This document shows positions 15,501-30,500 of a stretch of 64,000 nucleotides of DNA, in pieces; position 1 is the stretch's first letter, and each line of letters starts with the position of its first letter. Origin of the DNA: Antedon mediterranea (lineage: Eukaryota > Animalia > Echinodermata); the NCBI RefSeq assembly GCF_964355755.1, contig NC_092676.1, forward strand, positions 27,856,871 to 27,920,870. The letters run 5' to 3'. Under the pieces are notes generated by a model. That model worked only from the letters and a program-made list of their open reading frames with translations, was not told the origin of the DNA and made no database searches. Position numbers and translations under genes: made by a program.

Positions 15501-18500
15501 TGCCGCTTCTTATTGTGAAGTGTTAATGTTACAACGACCTGCGTTGGATGAAGTTCTTGATCACTTTCCTTTGATAGCAAAGTAAGTTTGACTTTAGCGA
15601 TACTACATTACAAGATAATTCGCTCACTAATAACCTTTAATTATTTTCATTATTAATAAATCGTAATCGGCTGCTTAGTATTATATTTTTGTATCATATC
15701 TCTCATTAACCTCATTCATTTGTCATCATTATTATCATATGGTTGTTACCCACCATCAGCATATCGTCACCAGATCATCATCATTATCACCAGATCATCA
15801 TCATTATCACCAGATCATTATCATCATTTTTCATCATCATCATCATCATCATTACCATTTTTTATCATCATTTTTCTTCATCATTTTTCACTATTATTTT
15901 TTACAATTATCATTTTTCATCATTATTATTTTTCATCATCATCATTTTTCTTCATTATCATTTTTCACCATCATCATTTTTCACCATTATCATTTTTCAT
16001 CATCATTATCATTTTTCATAATCAACCTCCTCATCTGTCTGTAATATCCTACTCATTCATCATGGTTTTATTTCAGGATAACCAATGTTCCAATTCATCA
16101 AGCATTTTAAGAAACAATTTTCAATTTATGGGCTATATAGAATATTCATTAACAATTATGCCTCAAGTTTTTTCATAATCATCAATAAACAAGTTACGCC
16201 TGACAATTATACCTGTAATTTTTTTTTTTCAATCGCGCTGCAAAATCATAAAATATTTTTGTTTCTATGGAAACTGAAATCTACCGTTGAAATTCACGCT
16301 CATTGTCTATCGAACAGGGAATTAACGGACAATAACTAATGTTTGTAATTTTGCGAAAATGATTGATTTTTTTCTGACGGTATTATTTCTCGCCCACAGG
16401 CAATTCAAAGAGGCGGCAGAGAACAAGAACCATCTGCTGGATCTCCAAAAAGCTTGCAAGCAAAAGGAGAAACAGGAAGTGCGAAGTAGGTACCTTTAGA
16501 ATTATCGTCTCATTTGTCCAAATCACCTTGACATTGCATGATTTATCAATTCTATCTCTCAGCGTATGATGACTGGAGTTCTGCAAACAACATTCATTTT
16601 GTTTCAATGCCAAATTTGGTCCTTGATAAAGTCCAATGAGACTGATTACTTATTTTTACTTGTTATTTATATTTTGTATAATTGTTATTATTTTATTTTA
16701 TCTAATGATGTTTGAATTTTTTCATTTTGATAAACCGTGAAATTATTCTTAATTTTTGTGCTACGTCGTATCAGCTAATATATCTATGATATTATTAATT
16801 ATCTTGTTTAAACTAATAATTTTTAATAAAAAAAGATTAAAAAAATAATCTAAATTATGAATATTGGAAATACAATAGACTCACTGCACCCATGCAACAC
16901 ATGAGTGATGATTCTTTTCTTATTGTTTTAGCTGCAGCATCTGTCCTAGATGAAGATAGCTCATACGAGGCTACAGTACACAAACCAAGCGATGCCTCTG
17001 TCAAAGTGTTTGATGTGTAAGTTTAACATTTGTTTTTGTTTGTTTTTCATGATGTGAATTACATTTTATTTTACCTTACATTTATTTTGTTGGATTGTTA
17101 TTTTGTCAGAAAGGTGTCCTTTACTACAATACATTATATATTTATTTAAAATTATTTATTACAAATGTATTTAATTATGCTACTTAATATTTATATTTTA
17201 TTTATTTTACACAACCTAAAAATGTGATTTACATATTAATGATTTATTATTGAATAATGTATCATTTCTTTTAACAATAATTATCAATTTTAACATTATA
17301 TAACATTTATCTATTCAGTTATCAACACAAAAATCATTATTGACCAGGGCGTGTTGAAAGATATTGACCAGGGCGTGTTAGAAGATATTGACCAGGGCGT
17401 GTTAAAAGATATTGACCAGGGCGTGTTAAAAGATTAACATGGGCTAGTCCAAATTCAGAATTGGGTATCTCTAACCCTTGATCAATACCATTACAATTTA
17501 ATAAAGATATAAATGTTAATTAACATAATATTTTATATAATCATACTTATGTCGTTGATTTTTGCTGTTGCGTTTGTGATATTTTTTATTTTGGCAATAA
17601 AGATTAAGAATACTAAGAATTTCATATTAATATTAATTTCAAATGACATAAATAGCTATGGGATAATACTTTGTATTCAGTTACCTGTCGTGTACAATCT
17701 TAAAGCTCTCTCTACACTATCAAACTTTATGTGAGAAAAAAATGTGAGCTTTACAGATCTTAATGTGTTATCATTAAAAATATATTTTAAGCTTTATTAT
17801 GTTGCATTTTGTGTGCAAAACTCAATGTTGCCATGTACAATTTTAAAGCTCTGTCTACACTATCATATGGTAGTGATATGCCCAAATATGGACATGATGA
17901 TGTCATATCACTACCATATTTGGGCACATCACATTTTTTTGTCACATAAAGTTTGATAGTGTGGACAGAGCTTTAGAGATATATCTTACTGTGTTATACA
18001 TTAAAAATACATTTTAAGCTTCATTATGTTGCATTTTTGTGTGTGTAAAAGTCAATGTAGCATAATAATATACTGTATATGATGATAATGATATTTCAAT
18101 GAAGCATAGCGGCAATTGTTGTTGTATCAAAAAACGCAAAATGCCAGCCAACTAGAATAAATATCATTTTAATTTAATAATATTGTTTTGTTGTCTTCGG
18201 TCTAAAATTATAAGATAATATGATGAGTAAATATATAAATTATAAGATCTGTAATTATTTATGATATTTTTATTATATTTTATAATTATTTTTTAAACAT
18301 TTGTGTAATTGAGTTTATACAATAATATTTATATAATATTTATTTATATACATGAGGATTAATATATCAATAAAGAAAAGAAAAATTTAAAAAATGTAAC
18401 TAAAATATACAAGTTTATTACAAATAATAATTTCTAAAATTTTTTTTTATATATTTAATATTAACAATGTTTCTATAAAACAATAATTTATTTGTAATTC

Positions 18501-21500
18501 TATGTTCTATTCTAGTTATTTTTATTTTGTTCTTTTTTAGAAACACCGACGACTATTTGAACCCATTCAGGGAATTAAATATTTTTGGTAGAATTTTCTC
18601 AAAGTTGTTGATGAGGTAAGAGTTCCTTTATTTTCAAATTTTATAGTATTAGTAATTTCCAAACTGAATATTATATTGTAATCATTATCTGTAGTACAGT
18701 ATTATATTATTATTATATATTATTTTATTTATTTGATTTGAAACACATTTAATGAGGGTGATCCATCCAGCAGTTGCTGACCAAGTATTGTTCGAGTACT
18801 AATTTAAAGCTCTGTCTTATACTATCAAACTAGTTTGATTAAATTCAGAAATTTAACTTTATATGACAACAAATTGTCATCTGTACCCAAATATGGTAGT
18901 GATATGACATCATCATGTCCATATATGGGCACACCACATTTTTTTGTCTCATAATAAAGTTAAATGTCCGAAATTAATTTAAATTAAAAGACTTTGTTCA
19001 ATCCATTGTCAACTTCCACAAATTTCGAAATGAACATATATCATGTAATCGAAAGATAATATCCCCCACCCCCATTTCCACAAATTTCGAACCCAGGCCC
19101 TATGGGACTACACTTGGGCTTTTTCAATCCCATTACATCAATGACAACAATGGTCAGATTCTAATGTACAATACTATGTCCATGTATTCTTTTAACACAG
19201 TACATTTTACTATGAATAACATTGTGTATTCAATAAATATCACTATGTTGCATCTTTGCAATTCAGATTCTTGTTTATTATTTCTTTAAAGGTCACTGAA
19301 ATGTAACGATATTTGCTATTATAGCTTTTTTCAAGATACAAATTGTATTATTAGTTTAATTAATTTGATTTACATTGATGAATTTATTCAAACTCAATAA
19401 TAGATGGCACAAGTAATTAGAAATCAAAGCAGGATGATGTCATATCACTACCATATTTGAGCACATCACTACCATATTTGGGCACATCACATTTTTTTGT
19501 CACATAAAGTTTGATAAGTAATAGACAGAGCTTTACAGATATCTTACTGACCAATAAATGGACATGATGATGTCATATCACTACCATATCAGGGCATATC
19601 ACTACCATATTTGACACTACCATAGATAGAGCTTAAGAACACTACTTAAGAAGGGGTCTTACTCATATGACAATAAATTTATATGCATTCACAGTCCTTT
19701 TAAGTCACTATTTAAAAGATTGAGTAAATCGCCCGAGTCTAACAAAAACCAAACAGAAATCTATTACATGTTAAGCAAATAGTCAAATAACCCTACAACT
19801 TATTCAGAGCTATTGGGTATATAATAAAATGCTTGCAAGTTGTACATTTTACATAGAACCTAAAGTTCACAAACATTAAATAAATTGTACTGTACGATGC
19901 CTCAATCAAATAAACATGACGCTAAAACCCAAAACAATAATACTGTTAAGCTCTGTCTACACTATCAAACAAGTTTTACAAAAAAAGTATGATGTGCCCA
20001 AATACAGTAGTGATATGCCCAAATATGGTAGTGATATGACATTATATGTCCATATTTGGGTACACTACATTTTTTTTGTCACATTCAATTTCATGTTTTA
20101 GACAGAGCACATTTTCTCAAATAACCACTATTTTTTTACACACATCTCCAACAAGCAAGATTTTTATGATTTTTTTTATAACAGTGATGTTTTTTTTCTC
20201 CTATTAGTCGTGCATTATTGTCTGATGGTAAATACTGCAAGTGGTGGGAGATATTACGCGTAGCTGTCGCCCTCATCTCGACGTTCACGATCACGCTTCA
20301 AGCCTGTTTTCTGCACACTGATGTTGCATTATGGGGATTTAACTACTTCCTGGATATCATCTGCTATGTCGATATGTAAGTAGTCTGTATCATTTTTTTT
20401 ACATTATTAATGTTTGTTTCATTTGACTTCACTTTATTTTCACTTTTGGTAATATTATTATTATTATTATTATTATATCAAAATTTATAATGCGTCAATT
20501 CAAAGACCGAGGTACAAAATCAAAGGCACTGGGCATGTTAGTGGTCGAAAAAATGAGTTTTGAGCAATTTTTTAAATAAGGCAACAGAAGAGCAGTGTTT
20601 AATATATATATATTTTTTTTAACATTTTGAAATTTAAAAATATTTGTAGTACTGTCTTAATGTATTATTATATTGTATCAGTTTGTAATACAACACAAAT
20701 AAAATGAATATACATACTTGTATACAAACTGGCCATGCAGATGATATATCTGTCTATCCTACTTGTTGTCCTTGCTAGAGGTTGTTAAATGAATAGGCTG
20801 TTTCCATTATTTTACATGAAGGATTTCAACCAGTGGTCAGATATAACAAAGTTGCATAGAAAAAAATAATTTTAAATTTGTCAATAACGTTTTTACTTAA
20901 GCACTGCAGTACCTAATTATCTTAAATTAAGAATAAATATTGATGTTATGCGCAATTTGAACGATTTGCGCAATTTGAAATTGCGCAAAAAAAATCCTTG
21001 CGCAATTTGAATTGAAACATGTGTTTCAAATTGCGCAAGCAACGTATTAAATTGCGCAAGTAATCTGCAAATTGCGCAAGGTTTTTCGACAGATTGTGAA
21101 ATCATGCACACCCATATTTTTATAGTAATTTCTAAGAATGATTCAAAATTAAAGATAAATATCGCATTTCCTTATTTTAGTAGTGCAAATATTGTTATAA
21201 GTTAGCATACCGTCGAAGAACCGACGAAGGAAAACGAAGCGGTGGTGTTCCACCAGGCGGGCGCGGCGCGGGCGGCCGGCTATACTACTCTAGCCTAGCT
21301 AGGGTCTGGACTACTGATACTGACTAGGTTACATGGCCTAGCTTAAACTAATATTAAAAACTTAAAAAGTGAGTATTAACATTATCTTCATTGAAATGGT
21401 CTTATTCTAAATTTTAAACTCCTCTGCCTAGCCTAGCCTAGCCATGTATGGGAAAATTTACAGTTCGTTTTCAAATTGCGCAAAGGTGTCATATTGCGCA

Positions 21501-24500
21501 AGAACTATCTTGCGCAATTTACAAATTGTGCAGCGCAATTTAAAATTGCGCAAAGATTTTCTTGCGCAATTTCAAATTGCGCAAATCGTTCAAATCGCGC
21601 ATAACATTGATAATGCCAACTTTTTTACTTTAACTACCGCATAAATACTTTAATATTAAACATTTTCATTAGTATGTCTTGAACTATTGTATAGTTATAT
21701 AAACTAGTTCAATAGGTTCAGATTCTAGACATTTAAATCTCTGATATTTAGATATTCAATTAAACAAAATATTTGGAATTTATAATCAGTACGTCACCAT
21801 GCTGTATGTAAAGCTATTTCTGGAATTGTTACAATAGCAAATCATAAGGAAAAATATAAAGAAAAAAATAAACAATTTATAAACATTGACAGTGAAAATG
21901 CCATCATTCAAAATTAGCTACAGTAATCTGTATAATTAATAAAACATGTATTAAATGAATAAATTCAATTCAAATAAACATTGTTTTCTTTAATTTTGGA
22001 ATTAAAATTAAAAAAATTAATAATTCTGATGAGATTTTCTTTTTGAGAAAAGTAATTATAATAAATCATAATATATAAAATGGTGATTAAATTGTATAAA
22101 CAATGAAAGATGCAAAAAACCCCAAGAAATATGAATCAATTGTAAATATCTAGATATGTTTAATAATATATAAATATGAAATAAATAAGAATATAAGCGT
22201 ATATTATTAGAAAATAAATTAGTAAATTATTATTACCTACAGAGAAGGCAGTGCTAAGCCTGCTTTGAATCTATGAGAATTCTTAACTGCCGTTGAGGAC
22301 ACTTTAAAATACGCTATTAAGACCTACTGTATGGCAATCTGCTGCCTCAGGATTTGAGTTAATATACAAGAAATTATAGATATGAAATCAATAGAATGTA
22401 TTGATGAGAATGCAATGTTTTTATAGTTAGTTTCTTGTTTATTTTATTATCATAATTATCATTTCACCTTTCGACAGGCCTACTTCTTCTTCACATTTCC
22501 CTACTTAAGATATTCTGTAAGTTGATATTATCAAAATTGTTGTTGGTGTCGCGACCACACACGCCATCAAATTCGGCGTGCCATTGTGCATAAATTATTA
22601 ATTAAAACTTTTTTGTGCGTCGAGAAAAACAATACGCAAATGTAGGTCTTTGCCGGAACGACGATGATATTTGAAGTTAGATGACCTGGATTGAGAATGA
22701 TATAAGTTAGCGGTAGTCAAGATTTTATTGATCAAATTATAATGTATAGCAATGCTAAAACAGTTTGATGTGCTTGTAATATTAAGTTACAGGCAGGGGT
22801 CTATTAAATGAATTTAATATCATCAGAACATCCATAAAATAACATTCAAAGATGGATGTCTATAATATAAATTAGCTTATAACCTCAAAAATTAGTTTAA
22901 ATGTATGTTTTGAACTTCAAAATAAGAAAACATTGTGTAATGTAAACTATCACTACAAAAAATCTTACTTTGATTTCTCCTTTTTGTATTAATGTTAGTA
23001 TCTGCATATGTACATAAGTACTGTTTATCATCATTGGGAAAGATGACTTTCTTTATTATTTTCTTAGAAATATTAAAGATGTATTGTCCCCCAAAAAACA
23101 TGAAAAATGAAGATTAATTAAATCAGATTTGAATAAGTTATTTTGTATTTTTAATAAAGTTAATCACTTCCGTAGGAAAAAAATGTTTTCATTATAAAAA
23201 TGACAAAATAAATGGTTAAATTCAACCAAAAATCCATTGGCTGGCAGCCAATTTGACTATTTTTTGCTTTAAATTACATTTTTTTCAGGTAAATAATTTT
23301 TTTTTTTAAATCCAATTTTTGGTCAAAGTAGATTATTATTATTACAACTATTTTGTGACATTAAAATGGCATATTCAACAACAAAAAAATGTAATAATTA
23401 TTATTTCATAGGGACAATACATCTTTAACAAGTTCTTTTTATTTATTTTATTACTTTATTATAGGTATTTGAAATTTCACATGGCTTTCAATAATTCAAA
23501 TAGTGTACAAGTAACGCATCCACTGTCAACAGCAAAACATTATCTCCGGTAAGAACCCATCTTTTATTCATCTCTAAAACACATGCATCTTTATTTCCTA
23601 ATTCTTAAAATGTTACTAGACTGACAATACATCTATCTCATACAGGAAAAAACGAAATAACATTAGAATTGATCTATGATACATGACTAGACATGAAAAT
23701 ATCAAAACAGATAAATATTTTATGAATAGCTGTGTAAACAGTCTGAATTGTATGGATATATAAAGGTTGCGAGTTTGGAATAAGTGTTATAAATGCAGCT
23801 GTCTGACACTATCTACAATCTAAATGTTAAATTTGAATTCTTAAATTAATAATACAAGAGAGAATCAGTAACAACTGTTCTGCAATATTGAGTTTGTTAA
23901 TTGGTTTTAGTAATATCAAATGTTTTGGTATTTATAAAGCATAAGGAAAAAAATTGTTTGTTTGCCATAAGTGAGAAAAATTGAGAAGGAATATGATTGA
24001 TAAACAAAGTAAGATGAATAATTAACAGAAATTGGATTCTTACTATTTATTTTTTACGAGTGCATAACATAAAACTCTAAAAGTCTACACTATCAAACTA
24101 GTTTGACAAAAAAAAGCGTGATGTGCCTAATATGGTAATGATCTGCCCAAACATCATCATGTCCATATATGGGCACATCACATTTTGTTTGTCACATTAA
24201 GTTTGATAGTAGACAGAGCTTAAGGTTTGACTAGAGATATTATAATTTTTGTCATTTACACTACAGTATACCACTTCTTTCAGACGCACTTGTAATTTTT
24301 CTAGGCCAAGATTGCATTATTTGCATACAGTACATTGTATCAGAAAATAGCTTGCTATATTACAAACATAATCATTGACATTATGTAATATATGTATATT
24401 TTCTTGTACCCGTTCATGCATAACTACCACACAGTATTAAAGGCAAACTTGATATTTATTGCTTTTTTTTATAGGACCAATTTCGTACTCGATCTGCTTG

Positions 24501-27500
24501 CCATTTTCCCCACTGAGCTTATAGCCTACGCAGTGTTACGCACTTTCTCAGGTTCGTATAAGTTAATAGTGTCCGTAATACATTCATGATTAGCGTGGCC
24601 ATCGGTTTTTACTTTTTTAAAGAATCTTGTCTGTATCCAAATCCACTGGTCCACAAAAATTTTCAATTTTTTCCCTCTGTCTACACTATCAAAACTTGAT
24701 GTTACTAAAAAATGTGATGTGCCCATATATGGACATGATGGTGTCATATCACCACCATATTTAAGCACATCACACTTTTTTTGTCAAACTAGTTTGATAG
24801 TGTAGACAGAGCCTAAAAGATACTGTCCTTTATCTATGTCCAGAAACATGGTGTGTTATACATATTCCTAGTTATTCCCATGTAACCTTAAAAAATAACT
24901 CTTTGCTTCTTGTTTTTAGGAGATTCTGTACATATCTATGCCCTAGTTAGAGTCAATCGTCTTCTTCAGCTTTATAGAGTGGTATGTATAACTTTTATTT
25001 TATTAAGAAATATCATTACGCCTGTGGGAAAACAACTGTATGATAATCTGTCTAATAAATACCTGTCATGTGACCTTGAAATGTAGTCTGCTAGAAATGA
25101 TGATATTGGCTTTGCTAGCTAGCAAATTATTTATTTTGTAGAATAAATGTAAGATGGATAGTCACATAGAATTTAGTTAGCTCTGTCTACACTATCAAAC
25201 TAGTTCGGAAATAATTTAGTGATATTCCCAAGTATGGTAGTGATATGACATCATCATGTCCATTATGTCCACATCACATAATGTTTGATAGTGTATAGAC
25301 AGAGCTTAATACTAGCTGTGTAACTTTTGATGTTGGCGTATTGTATAGGTCATTAATCTTTCCTCAAACACCAGTTTGATTGTAACAGAGCAAAATAAAT
25401 TAATACTTTCTTCTTTTCTAATAGTATAAAATAATTACTGTATTAGATATTCATATCATTACAAATTAAAGATTTCCAAGCAAATTGTTAATTCATTTAT
25501 CCCAAGATGAACTTGATCAAAACCATTTAATTCTTTATAATGTAATATAATAAATATTGAATGTATTAAATGTTTCTTTATGAATGAATCTCTCTAATAG
25601 CCTCTAGCGTTTAACTATCTCGAGTCTGGCGTTGAACGAGAGACAGACTCTATCCGTAAAGTCAAGTTCCTCTTCTACCTGCTTATCTTCATACACTTAC
25701 TGGCGTGTGCGTGGTACTTCAACGCATGTCCGCCGATCACGACGACGGATGTGCCTGCCGACCGCTTCAAAACCAACATTCATTATTGTTACACAAATTC
25801 ATGGACGAATTATACGGCACTAGATTTTCGTAAGTTACAAATAGAAATAATTTATTTTTCACATTTGTTTAAACTTAATTATTAGAAATATGTTTTGATA
25901 ATCCAACCATTATCAAGGTTCTGGTGGTATAACGACAATAAGACGTAGGTCCACTGTACACATCTAGCCCATGAACCTAGTACATCTTTCAAAACGAGTA
26001 TGGGGTTACCCCGATTTACTAGTTTTCACCCAACCACTATCACACACAGACAGTTATCATAACTCATCATGAGGGCCCCTTGATTGTCACGATACGCTCT
26101 ATATATAAATAACTTTGAATAAATAAATAAAAGATATTCTAATAAATTGTGTTAGATCCAATAGCAATTAATCCAATATTATTATTCTGTGATGTATAGT
26201 TTCTTTGGCTATTTGTGAATAAGAACATTAACATTTCAGTAGCAATGAAACCTAATGTCCTACTGCTAAAATATTATTTAAACTAATAATGATGAATATC
26301 TTAAATGTTCTTTATTTTGAAAATGATATTATCATAATGATATTTTGTAGAAACTTAAGGTTGCAATCTATAACAACTTCACTACCTTGTACTGTATTAT
26401 TTATTCAGTTATTCATCCCCTAGTGTAGCGGATTATTCTCGTTGTTACATCGTAATTCCTTACAAATTATACTGGATATAAATCAACTGTACCAAGATAC
26501 CCTGTGCTTCCGTAGCGTAAAGAGATATTAAATAAAGATCAATTATAAATTATTGGCTTATTTACCAGATGAAAATTACTTAATTTATGTGTGATTTCTT
26601 TTTAAACATAATTCTCTTTTTGTGAGATCGTTGTTGTTACTGACATTTTTCAAACCTCATATTTAAAAAAAGTTCTAGAAAAAGAGTATTAATTTATGTT
26701 TAAAAAAAATATAGTTCACCTTGTCATCTGCCATTTGGCAGGTCCATGCCAATTTGACATTTTTCAAACATCATATTTTAAAAAAGTTCTAGAAAAAGAG
26801 TAATAATTTATGTTAAAAAATATAACATAGGTGTAAATCAAAAAGCTCAACAGAAAAATAAGTGTAATATATCTATGAAATATTCTACATGTGAAAATTG
26901 AGCTACTAAGTTTAATATGTATTTTTATCAGGTACAAAATCATATATATAAAAAAAGTTCTAGAAAAAGAGTAACAATTTATGTTTAAAAATACAGTACT
27001 GTATAGCATAGGGTAGATAAAAAAGCTTAACAGAAAATAGGTGTTAATATATGATTTCTTGAGATGTGAAAATTGAGTGAAGCTGTTTAATATTTTTATC
27101 AGGTACAAAATCATATTAAAAAAAGTTCTAGAAACAGAGTAACAATTTATGTAGGTAAGTAAGTAGGTAAAAAAGCTAAGGTGTTAATATATATATGATG
27201 TCTTCTACATATATTATTATATTTTTATCAGGTACAAAATCAATTGGCGTTCAGTACATCATCAGTCTGTACTGGGCTTCAGCCACAGGAGCGTCTGTAG
27301 GATATGGCGACATTCACGCAAACAATGTCAATGAGGTATTCTTCAAGTTTAATAATTTAACAGTTTTTATAGCAAAGTTAATAACAAACAAATCCTCCAT
27401 AAAAATGTAGACAAAAGTAAAGAAAGTGAGTTTTGAGAAGTTTTTTGCTTGTCTTCTTTTAAATTCAATAGATGAATAGTTTCAGTGGATTGCTGAGGTA

Positions 27501-30500
27501 CAAATAACTTTAAAATAATGTTGTGGTCTAAAGGCTTGAGGCTTGTCATCTAGTGGTTGTGGGTTCAAGTCTCATTACCCAAAAAGTATGCAAGTAAATG
27601 TACTAAATATGCAATGCAATTACAAGAAAATATCCAATGCAAGAAGGCCAAAACATCAATTTAATCATTATTTTTTTTTTTTTTTTGCTTAGATGGTGCT
27701 AGCCTTATTGTCGATGATAATGGGTATTGTGTTCTTTGGCTACATCATTGCTAGCGTTGCTGCTAGCTTGGCCAATGCTGATGCTCAACGTGCCCGATAC
27801 CAAGAGAAATTAACAGCAGTTAAACGATATTTAAAAGTAAGAAATAATTATCATCATTTTTTATAATAATTTATTCATCAAAGTTTATGAAAGATTTCAG
27901 AAATACGTTAATTTTTCTTTAAAAAAAGAAGGTATCTTAAGAGGTGAACTAAAGCACTAGGCTATAAAGCTCTGTCTACACATTTTGTGTGACAAAAATG
28001 TGCCCATGTGTCAATCATTCAATCAAAATTAACATTTATTTCTAAAATGGTGGCGTCACCAATAGAGCAAAAGCTTGTGTCAGGGACGCCAAAACAAAAC
28101 ATTCAAAAGCAAAAAAAACATATATAAAACACAGAAATGAAAATATGGACATGATAATGTAATATCACTATCATATTTGTGCATATCACTACTACTATAT
28201 TTGGACACATCTTTTTGTCAAAGTAGTTTGATAGTGTAAAAAGAGCTTTAGTCAATAAATAACAAGTCAAGTATGTAATATCCCATATCACATTCTTTAA
28301 CCATTCTTGTAACATAAAAAATTGATCCGTCATTAAACATGAACAAATCTCATAAGTGCCACTTTGCTCTTAGGATCATCAAAGCAATAAGAACTTAGAA
28401 CAGCGAGTCATCACGTACTACAACTACTTGTGGCTTCGTAATAAGGGCGTTGACCCCGACTCGCTATTCGATGGACTACCTCTTTCACTGAAGGCAGATG
28501 TCACTCTGAATTTATATCAAGAGATGATAAATAAGGTATGTAAATGTCAAAAAAAAGTATTTATACTATGTTAAACATTTATAGTCCAATTTAAAGTTCT
28601 TTAAAGCTAAAAAAAATATATGTAAAGGTGATCGTATAATAAAATAGACAAGTTCGGTTTGCTTTTTGTCATTATTATCTGTTTTTCGTAAACCAGCAAA
28701 GTATATTAAAACGTAGACTTGCCCCAAGTCTGTATTTAATGTGTCTTTTTTATGTTAGTCTTCTAGTCTGCGTTTAAATTTGCGAGCACAAGTATTATAC
28801 GTATGAACCGCCATATGTGCCATTTATCTTTGTATCTTATTAAGTCTAGAACCTAGGCTAATTAAAACATTACTAACACAGCTCAGGGTTGCAGTTCAAG
28901 ATAGTTTATGTTTATAGTTCAACCTCCAACATCTTAATAATAATAATATGTTTGAATACAAATCAAGTAAAGCTCTGTCTACACTATCAATGTGTTTGTT
29001 TGATGTGCCAAAATATGGTAGTGATATGCTTTAAATATGGTAGTGATATGCTTTAAATATGGTAGTGATATGCTTAAATATGGTAGTGATATGCTTAAAT
29101 ATGGCAGTGAAATGCTTAAATATGGTAGTGATATGACATCATCATGTCCATGTATGAGCACGTCACATAAGGATTGATAGTGTAAACAGGGCTTCGGATT
29201 ATGAACAGTTATTAAGCTCTTTCTACACTCTCAAACATTATGTGACAAAAAAAATGTTATATGCCCATATATGCACATGATGATGTCATATCACTGCCAT
29301 ATTTTGGCACATCACTACCATACATGGGCATGCCACGCTTTTTTTGTCAAAATAATTTGATAGTATAGACAGGGCTTGACGGTTTCAGAGTTATGATTTA
29401 AAAATGTGGTTTATTTTCATCTTTGTCTTGAATTGTTATTACATTAAATAATAAAACGCAAACACCTAAATCAATCGCCATCTTACAATGTACGTTTACT
29501 TAACAAAATGTGATACATGACATCGATCGGTCGGTTCATTTGTTTCTGCAGTAAATCTCAATTTCTTATGCATTTATAATGACAACCAGACTAGCTCTCT
29601 TTTTCCTCAGAGCTACAGCAATCTGGTTTATTCAATTCTTTATATGTTTGTTCATGATTGAATCCAGGCTGTCTAGCCTAAACTTAGGAAAATATAACCA
29701 CTAGATATATGTTTTTACTAGATAAATGTAGATATATCTCTGTTGGGAAAAACTGGGGATAGGAAAGTGGAGGTGGTAAGTGAGGAAAGCGGAGGTGGTG
29801 AGTGTGGAAGGAATGGTGAGGGAATGAATGGAGGAAGGAAGTCAGAGGCGGTGAGAAGAGTGGAAAAGGGGAGGGGTGAGAGGAGGCTTTTGGCTCAGAT
29901 TTACCACCAAAATAACAATGGATAAAGCTATTGGAAATTGTTTTCAATGCCTAAATAAAAATAGAATAATTCATAAAACGGTGTTAACGATAATAGAAAT
30001 AAAATTAATATTATTAATAATGATGACAATACATCATGACATCCATCACGAGAATGTAGTTACAAATAACCCATAGAATAATTAATTTGTCAGAAACATA
30101 GATTGGTTGCCATGACAATAAATGTAATCACAGAATCAGTGGTGTTCCTGTGTGTAACAGTCATTTATACACCCTAAGAAAGTTGTTTTTAACAAGAGCA
30201 AGATATACGGTCACTTACCATCAGAATGACTTATTAGTTTAGAACCATAATTAATCATAGCTATAATGGTTTGTTCTTTTTTCTAGTCTTTTTAAGAATA
30301 GTTGCGTTCAGAACATTAGCGTTATTAATGCTTCCTTCTCTCGACAAATTAAGTTGTAGAAATCAAAGCAAAGATGAAAAAGTAAACAAAAATTAGAAAT
30401 TTCATCCTGATTAAAATCCATCATGCTGTCAAGAATATTAGTAAGATTGTTTTGGATCTCAACCTTGGAAATCAATTATATTTCAAAATGATTGTTGATT

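Larger units (their letters stand above)
536..16485 (+). other. Channel unit A (probably repeat II): S2-S6, pore, C-linker, CNBD
   Basis: S2 MDFILFCDIFVRLRTA; S4 LYRLRLNRLVKYWR; pore YWAAATMTSTGYGDI (10744-10977); CNBD FGEVGLIFGDYRTATVRA (15397-15581). Confidence 0.85.

Noticed and set aside
15720-16178. His/Ile/Ser-rich ORFs in three frames
   Set aside because: Low-complexity (CAT)n tract inside an intron, open only because this strand lacks stops.
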